Shown in pieces: positions 1-15,000 of a DNA stretch of 64,000 nt. A program made the position numbers and the translations under genes. The stretch lies in contig OZ024749.1 in NCBI GenBank assembly GCA_964016885.1, forward strand, positions 20,708,001-20,772,000. Reading direction: 5' to 3'. The stretch comes from Eledone cirrhosa (taxonomy: Eukaryota). How positions within the stretch are numbered: position 1 is the first letter of the stretch; each line of letters starts with the position of its first letter. Under the pieces are notes generated by a model. The model saw only the letters and a program-made list of their open reading frames with translations. It had not been told where the DNA came from and searched no databases.

Positions 1-3000
1 CAGACTGTGGTCCCTACTTACAGCTAGGTGGACTGTGACTGTTGGCAGTACAGTGGACTATACCAGACTGTGGTACCTACTTACAGCTAGGTTGACTGTG
101 ACTGTTGGCACAGTACAGTGGACTATACCAGACTGTGGTACCTACTTACAGCTAGCTGGACTGTGTCTGTTGACAGTACAGTGGACTATACCAGACTGTG
201 GTACCTACTTACAGCTAGGTGGACTGAGCTGTTGACATAGTACAGTGGACTATACCAACTGTGGTACCTACTTACAGCTAGGTGGACTGTGACTGTTGAC
301 AGTACAGTGGACTATACCAGACTGTGGTACCTACTTACAGCTAGGTGGACTGTGACTGTTGGCACAGTACAGTGGACTATACCATACTGTGGTACCTACT
401 TACAGCTAGCTGGACTGTGACTGTTGACACAGTACAGTGGACTATACCAGACTGTGGTACCTACTTACAGCTAGGTGGATTGAGCTGTTGACATAGTACA
501 GTGGACTATACCAACTGTGGTACCTACTTACAGCTAGGTGGACCGTGACTGTTGGCACAGTACAGTGGACTATACCAACTCTGGTACCTACTTACAGCTA
601 GGTGGACTGTGACTGTTGACAGTACAGTGGACTATACCATACTGTGGTACCTACTTACAGCTAGGTGGACTGAGCTGTTGACATAGTACAGTGGACTATA
701 CCAACTGTGGTACCTACTTACAGCTAGGTGGACTGTGACTATTGACAGTACAGTGGACTATACCATACTGTGGTACCTACTTACAGCTAGGTGGACTGAG
801 CTGTTGACATAGTACAGTGGACTATACCATACTGTGGTACCTACTTACAGCTAGGTGGACTGTGACTGTTGACATAGTACAGTGGACTATACCATACTGT
901 GGTATCTACTTACAGCTAGGTGGACTATACCACACTGTAGTCAGTACTTACAGCTAGGTGGACTGTGACTGTTGACACAGTACAGTGGACTATACCATAC
1001 TGTGGTACCTACTTACAGGTAGGTGGACTGTGACTGTTGACATGGTACAGTGGACTATACCATACTGTGGTACCTACTTACAGCTAGGTGGACTATACCA
1101 TACTGTGGTACCTACTTACAGCTAGGTGGACTGTGACTGTTGACATAGTACAGTGGACTATACCATACTGTGGTACCTACTTACAGCTAGGTGGACTATA
1201 CCAGACTGTGGTACCTACTTACAGCTAGGTGGACTGAGCTGTTGACAGTACAGTGGACTATACCATACTGTGGTAGCTACTTACACCTAGGTGGACTGTG
1301 ACTGTTGGCACAGTACAGTGGACTATACCAGACTGTGGTACCTACTTACAGCTAGGTGGACTGAGCTGTTGACATAGTACAGTGGACTATACCAGACTGT
1401 GGTACCTACTTACAGCTAGGTGGACTGTGACTGTTGGCACAGTACAGTGGACTGTACCAGACTGTGGTACCTACTTACAGCTAGGGGGACTGTGACTGTT
1501 GACAGTACAGTGGAATATACCATACTGTGGTACCTACTTACAGCTAGGTGGACTGTGACTGTTGACAGTACAGTGGACTATACCATACTGTGGTACCTAC
1601 TTACAGCTTGGTGGACTATACCACACTGTGGTACCTACATACAGCTAGGTGGACTGTGACTGTTGAAAGTACAGTGGACTATACCAGACTGTGGTACCTA
1701 CTTACAGCTAGGTGGACTGTGACTGTTGACGGTACAATGGACTATACCATACTGTGGTACCTACTTACAGCTAGGTGGACTGTGACTGTTGACAGTACAG
1801 TGGACTATACCATACTGTGGTACCTACTTACAGCTAAGTGGACTGTGACTGTTGGCACAGTACAGTGGACTATACCATACTGTGGTACCTACTTACAGCT
1901 AGCTGTACTGTGACTGTTGACAGTACAGTGGACTATACCATACTGTTGTACCTACTTACAGCTAGGTGGACTGTGACTGTTGACATAGTACAGTGGACTA
2001 TACCAACTGTGGTACCTACTTACAGCTAGGTAGACTGAGCTGTTGACATAGTACAGTGGACTATACCATACTGTGGTACCTACTTACAGCTAGGTGGACT
2101 GTGACTGTTGGCAGTACAGTGGACTATACCATACTGTGGTACGTACTTACAGCTAGGTGGACTGTGACTGTTGACAGTACAGTGGATTATACCATACTGT
2201 GGTACCTACTTACAGCTAGCTGGACTGTGACTGTTGACAGTACAGTGGACTATACCAGACTGTGGTACCTACTTACAGCTAGGTGGACTGTGACTGTTGG
2301 CACAGTACGGTGGACTATACCAACTGTGGTACCTACTTACAGCTAGGTGGACAGTGACTGTTGACATAGTACAGTGGACTATACCAACTGTGGTACCTAC
2401 TTACAGCTAGGTGGACTGTGACTGTTGACAGTACAGTGGACTATACCATACTGTGGTACCTACTTACAGCTAGGTGGACTGAGCTGTTGACATAGTACAG
2501 TGGACTATACCAACTGTGGTACATACTTACAGCTAGGTGGACTGTGACTGTTGACATAGTACAGTGGACTATACCATACTGTGGTATCTACTTACAGCTA
2601 GGTGGACTATACCACACTGTAGTCACTACTTACAGCTAGGTGGACTGTGACTGTTGACACAGTACAGTGGACTATACCATACTGTGGTACCTACTTACAG
2701 GTAGGTGGACTGTGACTGTTGACATGGTACAGTGGACTATACCATACTGTGGTACCTACTTACAGCTAGGTGGACTATACCAGACTGTGGTACCTACTTA
2801 CAGCTAGGTGGACTGAGATGTTGACATAGTACAGTGGACTATACCATACTGTGGTACCTACTTACAGCTCGGTGGACTGTGACTGTTGACTGTACAGTGG
2901 ACTATACCATAGTGTGGTACCTACTTACAGCTAGGTGGACTGTGACTGTTGGCACAGTAAAGTGGACTATACCATACTGTGGTACCTACTTACAGCTAGC

Positions 3001-6000
3001 TGGAGTGTGACTGTTGACAGTACAGTGGACTATACCAGACTGTGGTCCCTACTTACAACTAGGTGGACTGTGACTGTTGACAGTACAGTGGACTATACCA
3101 GACTGTGGTACCTACTTACAGCTAGGTGGACTGTGACTGTTGGAAGTACAGTGGACTATACGATACTGTGGTACCTACTTACAGCTAGGTGGACTGTGAC
3201 TGTTGGCACAGTACAGTGGACTATACCAGACTGTGGTACCTACTTACAGCTAGCTGGACTGTGACTGTTGACAGTACAGTGGACTATACCAACTGTGGTA
3301 CCTACTTACAGCTAGGTGGACTGTGACTGTTGGCACAGTACAGTGGACTGTACCAGACTGTGGTACCTACTTACAGCTAGGGGGACTGTGACTGTTGAGA
3401 GTACAGTGGACTATACCATACTGTGGTACCTACTTACAGCTAGGTGGACTGTGACTGTTGACAGTACAGTGGACTATACCATACTGTGGTACCTACTTAC
3501 AGCTTGGTGGACTATACCACACTGTGGTACCTATTTACAGCTAGGTGGACTGTGACTGTTGAAAGTACAGTGGACTATACCAGACTGTGGTACCTTCTTA
3601 CAGCTAGGTGGACTGTGACTGTTGACAGTACAATGGACTATACCATACTGTGGTACCTACTTACAGCTAGGTGGACTGTGACTGTTGACAGTACAGTGGA
3701 CTATACCATACTGTGGTACCTACTTACAGCTAAGTGGACTGTGACTGTTGGCACAGTACAGTGGACTATACCATACTGTGGTACCTACTTACAGCTAGCT
3801 GTACTGTGACTGTTGACAGTACAGTGGACTATACCATACTGTTGTACCTACTTACAGCTAGGTGGACTGTGACTGTTGACATAGTACAGTGGACTATACC
3901 AACTGTGGTACCTACTTACAGCTAGGTAGACTGAGCTGTTGACATAGTACAGTGGACTATACCATACTGTGGTACCTACTTACAGCTAGGTGGACTGTGA
4001 CTGTTGGCAGTACAGTGGACTATACCATACTGTGGTACCTACTTACAGCTAGGTGGACTGTGACTGTTGACAGTACAGTGGATTATACCATACTGTGGTA
4101 CCTACTTACAGCTAGCTGGACTGTGACTGTTGACAGTACAGTGGACTATACCAGACTGTGGTACCTACTTACAGCTAGGTGGACTGTGACTGTTGGCACA
4201 GTACGGTGGACTATACCAACTGTGGTACCTACTTACAGCTAGGTGGACAGTGACAGTTGACATAGTACAGTGGACTATACCAACTGTGGTACCTACTCAC
4301 AGCTAGGTGGGCTGTGACTGTTGACAGTACAGTGGACTATACCATACTGTGGTACCTACTTACAGCTAGGTGGACTGAGCTGTTGACATAGTACAGTGGA
4401 CTATACCAACTGTGGTACCTACTTACAGCTAGGTGGACTGTGACTGTTGACAGTACAGTGGACTATACCATACTGTGGTACCTACTTGCAGCTAGGTGGA
4501 CTGAGCTGTTGACATAGTACATTGGACTATACCATACTGTGGTACCTACTTACAGCTAGGTGGACTGTGACTGTTGACATAGTACAGTGGACTATACCAT
4601 ACTGTGGTATCTCCTTACAGCTAGGTGGACTATACCACACTGTGGTCACTACTTACAGCTAGGTGGACTGTGACTGTTGACACAGTACAGTGGACTATAC
4701 CATACTGTGGTACCTACTTACAGGTAGGTGGACTGTGACTGTTGACATGGTACAGTGGACTATACCATACTGTGGTACCTACTTACAGCTAGGTGGACTA
4801 TACCAGACTGTGGTACCTACTTACAGCTAGGTGGACTTTGACTGTTGACATAGTACAGTGGACTATACCATACTGTGGTACCTACTTACAGTTACGTGGT
4901 CTATACCAGACTGTGGTACCTACTTACAGCTAGGTGGACTGTGACTGTTGACAGTACAGTGGACTATACCATACTGTGGTAACTACTTACAGCTAGGTGG
5001 ACTGAGATGTTGACATAGTACAGTGGACTATACCATACTGTGGTACCTACTTACAGCTCGGTGGACTGTGACTGTTGACTGTACAGTGGACTATACCAAC
5101 TGTGGTACCTACTTACAGCTAGGTGGACAGTGACTGTTGACATAGTACAGTGGACTATACCAACTGTGGTACCTACTTACAGCTAGGTGGACTGTGACTG
5201 TTGACAGTACAGTGGACTATACCATACTGTGGTACCTACTTACAGCTAGGTGGACTGAGCTGTTGACATAGTACAGTGGACTATACCAACTGTGGTACAT
5301 ACTTACAGCTAGGTGGACTGTGACTGTTGACATAGTACAGTGGACTATACCATACTGTGGTATCTACTTACAGCTAGGTGGACTATACCACACTGTAGTC
5401 ACTACTTACAGCTAGGTGGACTGTGACTGTTGACACAGTACAGTGGACTATACCATACTGTGGTACCTACTTACAGGTAGGTGGACTGTGACTGTTGACA
5501 TGGTACAGTGGACTATACCATACTGTGGTACCTACTTACAGCTAGGTGGACTATACCAGACTGTGGTACCTACTTACAGCTAGGTGGACTGAGATGTTGA
5601 CATAGTACAGTGGACTATACCATACTGTGGTACCTACTTACAGCTCGGTGGACTGTGACTGTTGACTGTACAGTGGACTATACCATAGTGTGGTACCTAC
5701 TTACAGCTAGGTGGACTGTGACTGTTGGCACAGTAAAGTGGACTATACCATACTGTGGTACCTACTTACAGCTAGCTGGAGTGTGACTGTTGACAGTACA
5801 GTGGACTATACCAGACTGTGGTCCCTACTTACAACTAGGTGGACTGTGACTGTTGACAGTACAGTGGACTATACCAGACTGTGGTACCTACTTACAGCTA
5901 GGTGGACTGTGACTGTTGGAAGTACAGTGGACTATACGATACTGTGGTACCTACTTACAGCTAGGTGGACTGTGACTGTTGGCACAGTACAGTGGACTAT

Positions 6001-9000
6001 ACCAGACTGTGGTACCTACTTACAGCTAGCTGGACTGTGACTGTTGACAGTACAGTGGACTATACCAACTGTGGTACCTACTTACAGCTAGGTGGACTGT
6101 GACTGTTGGCACAGTACAGTGGACTGTACCAGACTGTGGTACCTACTTACAGCTAGGGGGACTGTGACTGTTGAGAGTACAGTGGACTATACCATACTGT
6201 GGTACCTACTTACAGCTAGGTGGACTGTGACTGTTGACAGTACAGTGGACTATACCATACTGTGGTACCTACTTACAGCTTGGTGGACTATACCACACTG
6301 TGGTACCTATTTACAGCTAGGTGGACTGTGACTGTTGAAAGTACAGTGGACTATACCAGACTGTGGTACCTTCTTACAGCTAGGTGGACTGTGACTGTTG
6401 ACAGTACAATGGACTATACCATACTGTGGTACCTACTTACAGCTAGGTGGACTGTGACTGTTGACAGTACAGTGGACTATACCATACTGTGGTACCTACT
6501 TACAGCTAAGTGGACTGTGACTGTTGGCACAGTACAGTGGACTATACCATACTGTGGTACCTACTTACAGCTAGCTGTACTGTGACTGTTGACAGTACAG
6601 TGGACTATACCATACTGTTGTACCTACTTACAGCTAGGTGGACTGTGACTGTTGACATAGTACAGTGGACTATACCAACTGTGGTACCTACTTACAGCTA
6701 GGTAGACTGAGCTGTTGACATAGTACAGTGGACTATACCATACTGTGGTACCTACTTACAGCTAGGTGGACTGTGACTGTTGGCAGTACAGTGGACTATA
6801 CCATACTGTGGTACCTACTTACAGCTAGGTGGACTGTGACTGTTGACAGTACAGTGGATTATACCATACTGTGGTACCTACTTACAGCTAGCTGGACTGT
6901 GACTGTTGACAGTACAGTGGACTATACCAGACTGTGGTACCTACTTACAGCTAGGTGGACTGTGACTGTTGGCACAGTACGGTGGACTATACCAACTGTG
7001 GTACCTACTTACAGCTAGGTGGACAGTGACAGTTGACATAGTACAGTGGACTATACCAACTGTGGTACCTACTCACAGCTAGGTGGGCTGTGACTGTTGA
7101 CAGTACAGTGGACTATACCATACTGTGGTACCTACTTACAGCTAGGTGGACTGAGCTGTTGACATAGTACAGTGGACTATACCAACTGTGGTACCTACTT
7201 ACAGCTAGGTGGACTGTGACTGTTGACAGTACAGTGGACTATACCATACTGTGGTACCTACTTGCAGCTAGGTGGACTGAGCTGTTGACATAGTACATTG
7301 GACTATACCATACTGTGGTACCTACTTACAGCTAGGTGGACTGTGACTGTTGACATAGTACAGTGGACTATACCATACTGTGGTATCTCCTTACAGCTAG
7401 GTGGACTATACCACACTGTGGTCACTACTTACAGCTAGGTGGACTGTGACTGTTGACACAGTACAGTGGACTATACCATACTGTGGTACCTACTTACAGG
7501 TAGGTGGACTGTGACTGTTGACATGGTACAGTGGACTATACCATACTGTGGTACCTACTTACAGCTAGGTGGACTATACCAGACTGTGGTACCTACTTAC
7601 AGCTAGGTGGACTTTGACTGTTGACATAGTACAGTGGACTATACCATACTGTGGTACCTACTTACAGTTACGTGGTCTATACCAGACTGTGGTACCTACT
7701 TACAGCTAGGTGGACTGTGACTGTTGACAGTACAGTGGACTATACCATACTGTGGTAACTACTTACAGCTAGGTGGACTGAGATGTTGACATAGTACAGT
7801 GGACTATACCATACTGTGGTACCTACTTACAGCTCGGTGGACTGTGACTGTTGACTGTACAGTGGACTATACCATAGTGTGGTACCTACTTACAGCTAGG
7901 TGGACTGTGACTGTTGGCACAGTAAAGTGGACTATACCATACTGTGGTACCTACTTACAGCTAGCTGGACTGTGACTGTTGACAGTACAGTGGACTATAC
8001 CAGACTGTGGTCCCTACTTACAGCTAGGTGGACTGTGACTGTTGACAGTACAGTGGACTATACCAGACTGTGGTACCTACTTACAGCTAGGTGGACTGTG
8101 ACTGTTGGCAGTACAGTGGACTATACGATACTGTGGTACCTACTTACAGCTAGGTGGACTGTGACTGTTGGCACAGTACAGTGGACTATACCAGACTGTG
8201 GTACCTACTTACAGCTAGCTGGACTGTGACTGTTGACAGTACAGTGGACTATACCAACTGTGGTACCTACTTACAGCTAGGTGGACTGTGACTGTTGACA
8301 GTACAGTGGACTATACCATACTGTGGTACCTACTTACAGCTAGCTGGACTTAGACTGTTGACAGTACAGTGGACTATACCAGACTGTGGTACCTACTTAC
8401 AGCTAGGTGGACTGAGCTGTTGACATAGTACAGTGGACTATACCAACTGTGGTACCTACTTACAGCTAGGTGGACTGTGACTGTTGACAGTACAGTGGAC
8501 TATACCAACTGTGGTACCTACTTACAGCTAGGTGGACTGTGACTGTTGACACAGTACAGTGGACTATACCATACTGTGGTGGTGCCTACTTACAGCTAGG
8601 TGGACTGTGACTGTTGGCACAGTACAGTGAACTATACCATACTGTGGTGGTGCCTACTTACAGCTAGGTGGACTGTGACTGTTGGCACAGTACAGTGGAC
8701 TATACTATACTGTGGTACCTACTTACAGCTAGGTGGACTGTGACTGTTGACAGTACAGTAGACTATACCATACTGTGGTACCTACTTACAGCTAGGTGGA
8801 TTGTGACTGTTGGCACAGTACAGTGGACTATACCATACTGTGGTACCTACTTACAGCTAGGTGGACTGTGACTGTTGACAGTACAGTGGACTATACCATA
8901 CTGTGGTATCTACTTACAGCTAGGTGGACAGTGACTGTTGACATAGTACAGTGGACTATACCATACTGTGGTACCTACTCACAGCTAAGTGGACTGTGAC

Positions 9001-12000
9001 TGTTGACAGTACAGTGGACTATACCATACTGTGGTACCTACTTACAGCAAGGTGGACAGAGCTGTGACATAGTACAGTGGACTATACCAACTGTGGTACC
9101 TACTTACAGCTAGGTGGACTGTGACTGTTGACAGTACAGTGGACTATACCATACTGTGGTACCTACTTACAGCTAGGTGGACTGAGCCGTTGACATAGTA
9201 CAGTGGACTATACCATACTGTGGAACCTACTTACAGCTAGGTGGACTGTGACTGTTGACATAGTACAGTGGACTATACCAACTGTGGTATCTACTTACAG
9301 CTAGGTGGACTATACCACACTGTGGTCACTACTTACAGCTAGGTGGACTGTGACTGTTGACACAGTACAGTGGACTATACCATACTGTGGTACCTACTTA
9401 CAGCTAGGTGGACTGTGACTGTTGACATGGTACAGTGGACTATACCATACCGTGGTACCTACTTACAGCTAGGTGGACTATACCAGACTGTGGTACCTAC
9501 TTACAGTTAGGTGGACTGTGACTGTTGACATAGTACAGTGGACTATACCATACTGTGGTACCTACTTACAGCTATGTGGACTATACCAGACTGTGGTACC
9601 TACTTACAGCTAGGTGGACTGTGACTCGACAGTACAGTGGAATATACCGTACTGTGGTACCTACTTACAGCTAGGTGGACTGAGATGTTGACATAGTACA
9701 GTGGACTATACCATACTGTGGTACCTACTTACAGCTCGCTGGACTGTGACTGTTGACAGTACAGTGGACTATACCATACTGTGGTACCTACTTACAGCTA
9801 GATGGACTGTGACTGTTGGCACAGTACAGTGGACTATACCATACTGTGGTACCTACTTACAGCTAGCTGGACTGTGACTGTGGACTATACCAGACTGTGG
9901 TCCCTACATACAGCTAGGTGGACTGTGACTGTTGACAGTACAGTGGACTATACCAGACTGTGGTCCCTACTTACAGCTAGGTGGACTGTGACTGTTGGCA
10001 GTACAGTGGACTATACCAGACTGTGGTACCTACTTACAGCTAGGTTGACTGTGACTGTTGGCACAGTACAGTGGACTATACCAGACTGTGGTACCTACTT
10101 ACAGCTAGCTGGACTGTGTCTGTTGACAGTACAGTGGACTATACCAGACTGTGGTACCTACTTACAGCTAGGTGGACTGAGCTGTTGACATAGTACAGTG
10201 GACTATACCAACTGTGGTACCTACTTACAGCTAGGTGGACTGTGACTGTTGACAGTACAGTGGACTATACCAGACTGTGGTACCTACTTACAGCTAGGTG
10301 GACTGTGACTGTTGGCACAGTACAGTGGACTATACCATACTGTGGTACCTACTTACAGCTAGCTGGACTGTGACTGTTGACAGTACAGTGGACTATACCA
10401 GACTGTGGTACCTAGTTACAGCTAGGTGGATTGAGCTGTTGACATAGTACAGTGGACTATACCAACTGTGGTACCTACTTACAGCTAGGTGGACTGTGAC
10501 TGTTGGCACAGTACAGTGGACTATACCAACTCTGGTACCTACTTACAGCTAGGTGGACTGTGACTGTTGACAGTACAGTGGACTATACCATACTGTGGTA
10601 CCTACTTACAGCTAGGTGGACTGAGCTGTTGACATAGTACAGTGGACTATACCAACTGTGGTACCTACTTACAGCTAGGTGGACTGTGACTATTGACAGT
10701 ACAGTGGACTATACCATACTGTGGTACCTACTTACAGCTAGGTGGACTGAGCTGTTGACATAGTACAGTGGACTATACCATACTGTGGTACCTACTTACA
10801 GCTAGGTGGACTGTGACGGTTGACATAGTACAGTGGACTATACCATACTGTGGTATCTACTTACAGCTAGGTGGACTATACCACACTGTAGTCACTACTT
10901 ACAGCTAGGTGGACTGTGACTGTTGACACAGTACAGTGGACTATACCATACTGTGGTACCTACTTACAGGTAGGTGGACTGTGACTGTTGACATGGTACA
11001 GTGGACTATACCATACTGTGGTACCTACTTACAGCTAGGTGGACTATACCATACTGTGGTACCTACTTACAGCTAGGTGGACTGTGACTGTTGACATAGT
11101 ACAGTGGACTATACCATACTGTGGTACCTACTTACAGCTAGGTGGACTATACCAGACTGTGGTACCTACTTACAGCTAGGTGGACTGAGCTGTTGACAGT
11201 ACAGTGGACTATACCATACTGTGGTAGCTACTTACACCTAGGTGGACTGTGACTGTTGGCACAGTACAGTGGACTATACCAGACTGTGGTACCTACTTAC
11301 AGCTAGGTGGACTGAGCTGTTGACATAGTACAGTGGACTATACCAGACTGTGGTACCTACTTACAGCTAGGTGGACTGTGACTGTTGGCACAGTACAGTG
11401 GACTGTACCAGACTGTGGTACCTACTTACAGCTTGGTGGACTATACCACACTGTGGTACCTACTTACAGCTAGGTGGACTGTGACTGTTGAAAGTACAGT
11501 GGACTATACCAGACTGTGGTACCTACTTACAGCTAGGTGGACTGTGACTGTTGACAGGACAATGGACTATACCATACTGTGGTACCTACTTACAGCTAGG
11601 TGGACTGTGACTGTTGACAGTACAGTGGACTATACCATACTGTGGTACCTACTTACAGCTAAGTGGACTGTGACTGTTGGCACAGTACAGTGGACTATAC
11701 CATACTGTGGTACCTACTTACAGCTAGCTGTACTGTGACTGTTGACAGTACAGTGGACTATACCATACTGTTGTACCTACTTACAACTAGGTGGACTGTG
11801 ACTGTTGACATAGTACAGTGGACTATACCAACTGTGGTACCTACTTACAGCTAGGTAGACTGAGCTGTTGACATAGTACAGTGGACTATACCATACTGTG
11901 GTACCTACTTACAGCTAGGTGGACTGTGACTGTTGGCAGTACAGTGGACTATACCATACTGTGGTACGTACTTACAGCTAGGTGGACTGTGACTGTTGAC

Positions 12001-15000
12001 AGTACAGTGGATTATACCATACTGTGGTACCTACTTACAGCTAGCTGGACTGTGACTGTTGACAGTACAGTGGACTATACCAGACTGTGGTACCTACTTA
12101 CAGCTAGGTGGACTGTGACTGTTGGCACAGTACGGTGGACTATACCAACTGTGGTACCTACTTACAGCTAGGTGGACAGTGACTGTTGACATAGTACAGT
12201 GGACTATACCAACTGTGGTACCTACTTACAGCTAGGTGGACTGTGACTGTTGACAGTACAGTGGACTATACCATACTGTGGTACCTACTTACAGCTAGGT
12301 GGACTGAGCTGTTGACATAGTACAGTGGACTATACCAACTGTGGTACCTACTTACAGCTAGGTGGACTGTGACTGTTGACAGTAAAGTGGACTATACCAT
12401 ACTGTGGTACCTACTTGCAGCTAGGGGGACTGAGCTGTTGACATAGTACAGTGGACTATACCATACTGTGGTACCTACTTACAGCTAGGTGGACTGTGAC
12501 TGTTGACATAGTACAGTGGACTATACCATACTGTGGTATCTACTTACAGCTAGGTGGACTATACCACACTGTGGTCACTACTTACAGCTAGGTGGACTGT
12601 GACTGTTGACACAGTACAGTGGACTATACCATACTGTGGTACCTACTTACAGGTAGGTGGACTGTGACTGTTGACATGGTACAGTGGACTATACCATACT
12701 GTGGTACCTACTTACAGCTAGGTGGACTATACCAGACTGTGGTACCTACTTACAGCTAGGTGGACTGTGACTGTTGACATAGTACAGTGGACTATACCAT
12801 ACTGTGGTACCTACTTACAGCTACGTGGTCTATACCAGACTGTGGTACCTACTTACAGCTAGGTGGACTGTGACTGTTGACAGTACAGTGGACTATACCA
12901 TACTGTGGTACCTACTTACAGCTAGGTGGACTGAGATGTTGACATAGTACAGTGGACTATACCATACTGTGGTACCTACTTACAGCTCGGTGGACTGTGA
13001 CTGTTGACTGTACAGTGGACTATACCATAGTGTGGTACCTACTTACAGTTAGGTGGACTGTGACTGTTGGCACAGTAAAGTGGACTATACCATACTGTGG
13101 AACCTACTTACAGCTAGCTGGAGTGTGACTGTTGACAGTACAGTGGACTATACCAGACTGTGGTCCCTACTTACAGCTAGGTGGACTGTGACTGTTGACA
13201 GTACAGTGGACTATACCAGACTGTGGTACCTACTTACAGCTAGGTGGACTGTGACTGTTGGCAGTACAGTGGACTATACGATACTGTGGTACCTACTTAC
13301 AGCTAGGTGGACTGTGACTGTTGGCACAGTAGAGTGGACTATACCAGACTGTGGTACCTACTTACAGCTAGCTGGACTGTGACTGTTGACAGTACAGTGG
13401 ACTATACCAACTGTGGTACCTACTTACAGCTAGGTGGACTGTGACTGTTGACAGTACAGTGGACTATACCATACTGTGGTACCTACTTACAGCTAGCTGG
13501 ACTTAGACTGTTGACAGTACAGTGGACTATACCAGACTGTGGTACCTACTTACAGCTAGGTGGACTGAGCTGTTGACATAGTACAGTGGACTATACCAAC
13601 TGTGGTACCTACTTACAGCTAGGTGGACTGTGACTGTTGACAGTACAGTGGACTATACCAACTGTGGTACCTACTTACAGCTAGGTGGACTGTGACTGTT
13701 GACACAGTACAGTGGACTATACCATACTGTGGTGGTGCCTACTTACAGCTAGGTGGACTGTGACTGTTGGCACAGTACAGTGGACTATACCATACTGTGG
13801 TGGTGCCTACTTACAGCTAGGTGGACTGTGACTGTTGGCACAGTACAGTGGACTATACCATACTGTGGTACCTACTTACAGCTAGGTGGACTGTGACTGT
13901 TGACAGTACAGTAGACTATACCATACTGTGGTACCTACTTACAGCTAGGTGGACTGTGACTGTTGGCACAGTACAGTGGACTATACCATACTGTGGTACC
14001 TACTTACAGCTAGGTGGACTGTGACTGTTGACAGTACAGTGGACTATACCATACTGTGGTATCTACTTACAGCTAGGTGGACAGTGACTGTTGACATAGT
14101 ACAGTGGACTATACCATACTGTGGTACATACTCACAGCTAAGTGGACTGTGACTGTTGACAGTACAGTGGACTATACCATACTGTGGTACCTACTTACAG
14201 CTAGGTGGACTGAGCTGTGACATAGTACAGTGGACTATACCAACTGTTGTACCTACTTACAGCTAGGTGGACTGTGACTGTTGACAGTACAGTGGACTAT
14301 ACCATACTGTGGTACCTACTTACAGCTAGGTGGACTGAGCTGTTGACATAGTACAGTGGACTATACCAACTGTGGTACCTACTTACAGCTAGGTGGACTG
14401 TGACTGTTGACAGTACAGTGGACTATACCATACTGTGGTACCTACTTACAGCTATGTGGACTGAGCCGTTGACATAGTTCAGTGGACTATACCATACTGT
14501 GGTACCTACTTACAGCTAGGTGGACTGTGACTGTTGACATAGTACAGTGGACTATACCAACTGTGGTATCTACTTACAGCTAGGTGGACTATACCACACT
14601 GTGGTCACTACTTACAGCTAGGTGGACTGTGACTGTTGACACAGTACAGTGGACTATACCATACTGTGGTACCTACTTACAGCTAGGTGGACAGTGACTG
14701 TTGACATGGTACAGTGGACTATACCATACCGTGGTACCTACTTACAGCTAGGTGGACTATACCAGACTGTGGTACCTACTTACAGTTAGGTGGACTGTGA
14801 CTGTTGACATAGTACAGTGGACTATACCATACTGTGGTACCTACTTACAGCTATGTGGACTATACCAGACTGTGGTACCTACTTACAGCTAGGTGGACTG
14901 TGACTCGACAGTACAGTGGACTATACCGTACTGTGGTACCTACTTACAGCTAGGTGGACTGAGATGTTGACATAGTACAGTGGACTATACCATACTGTGG

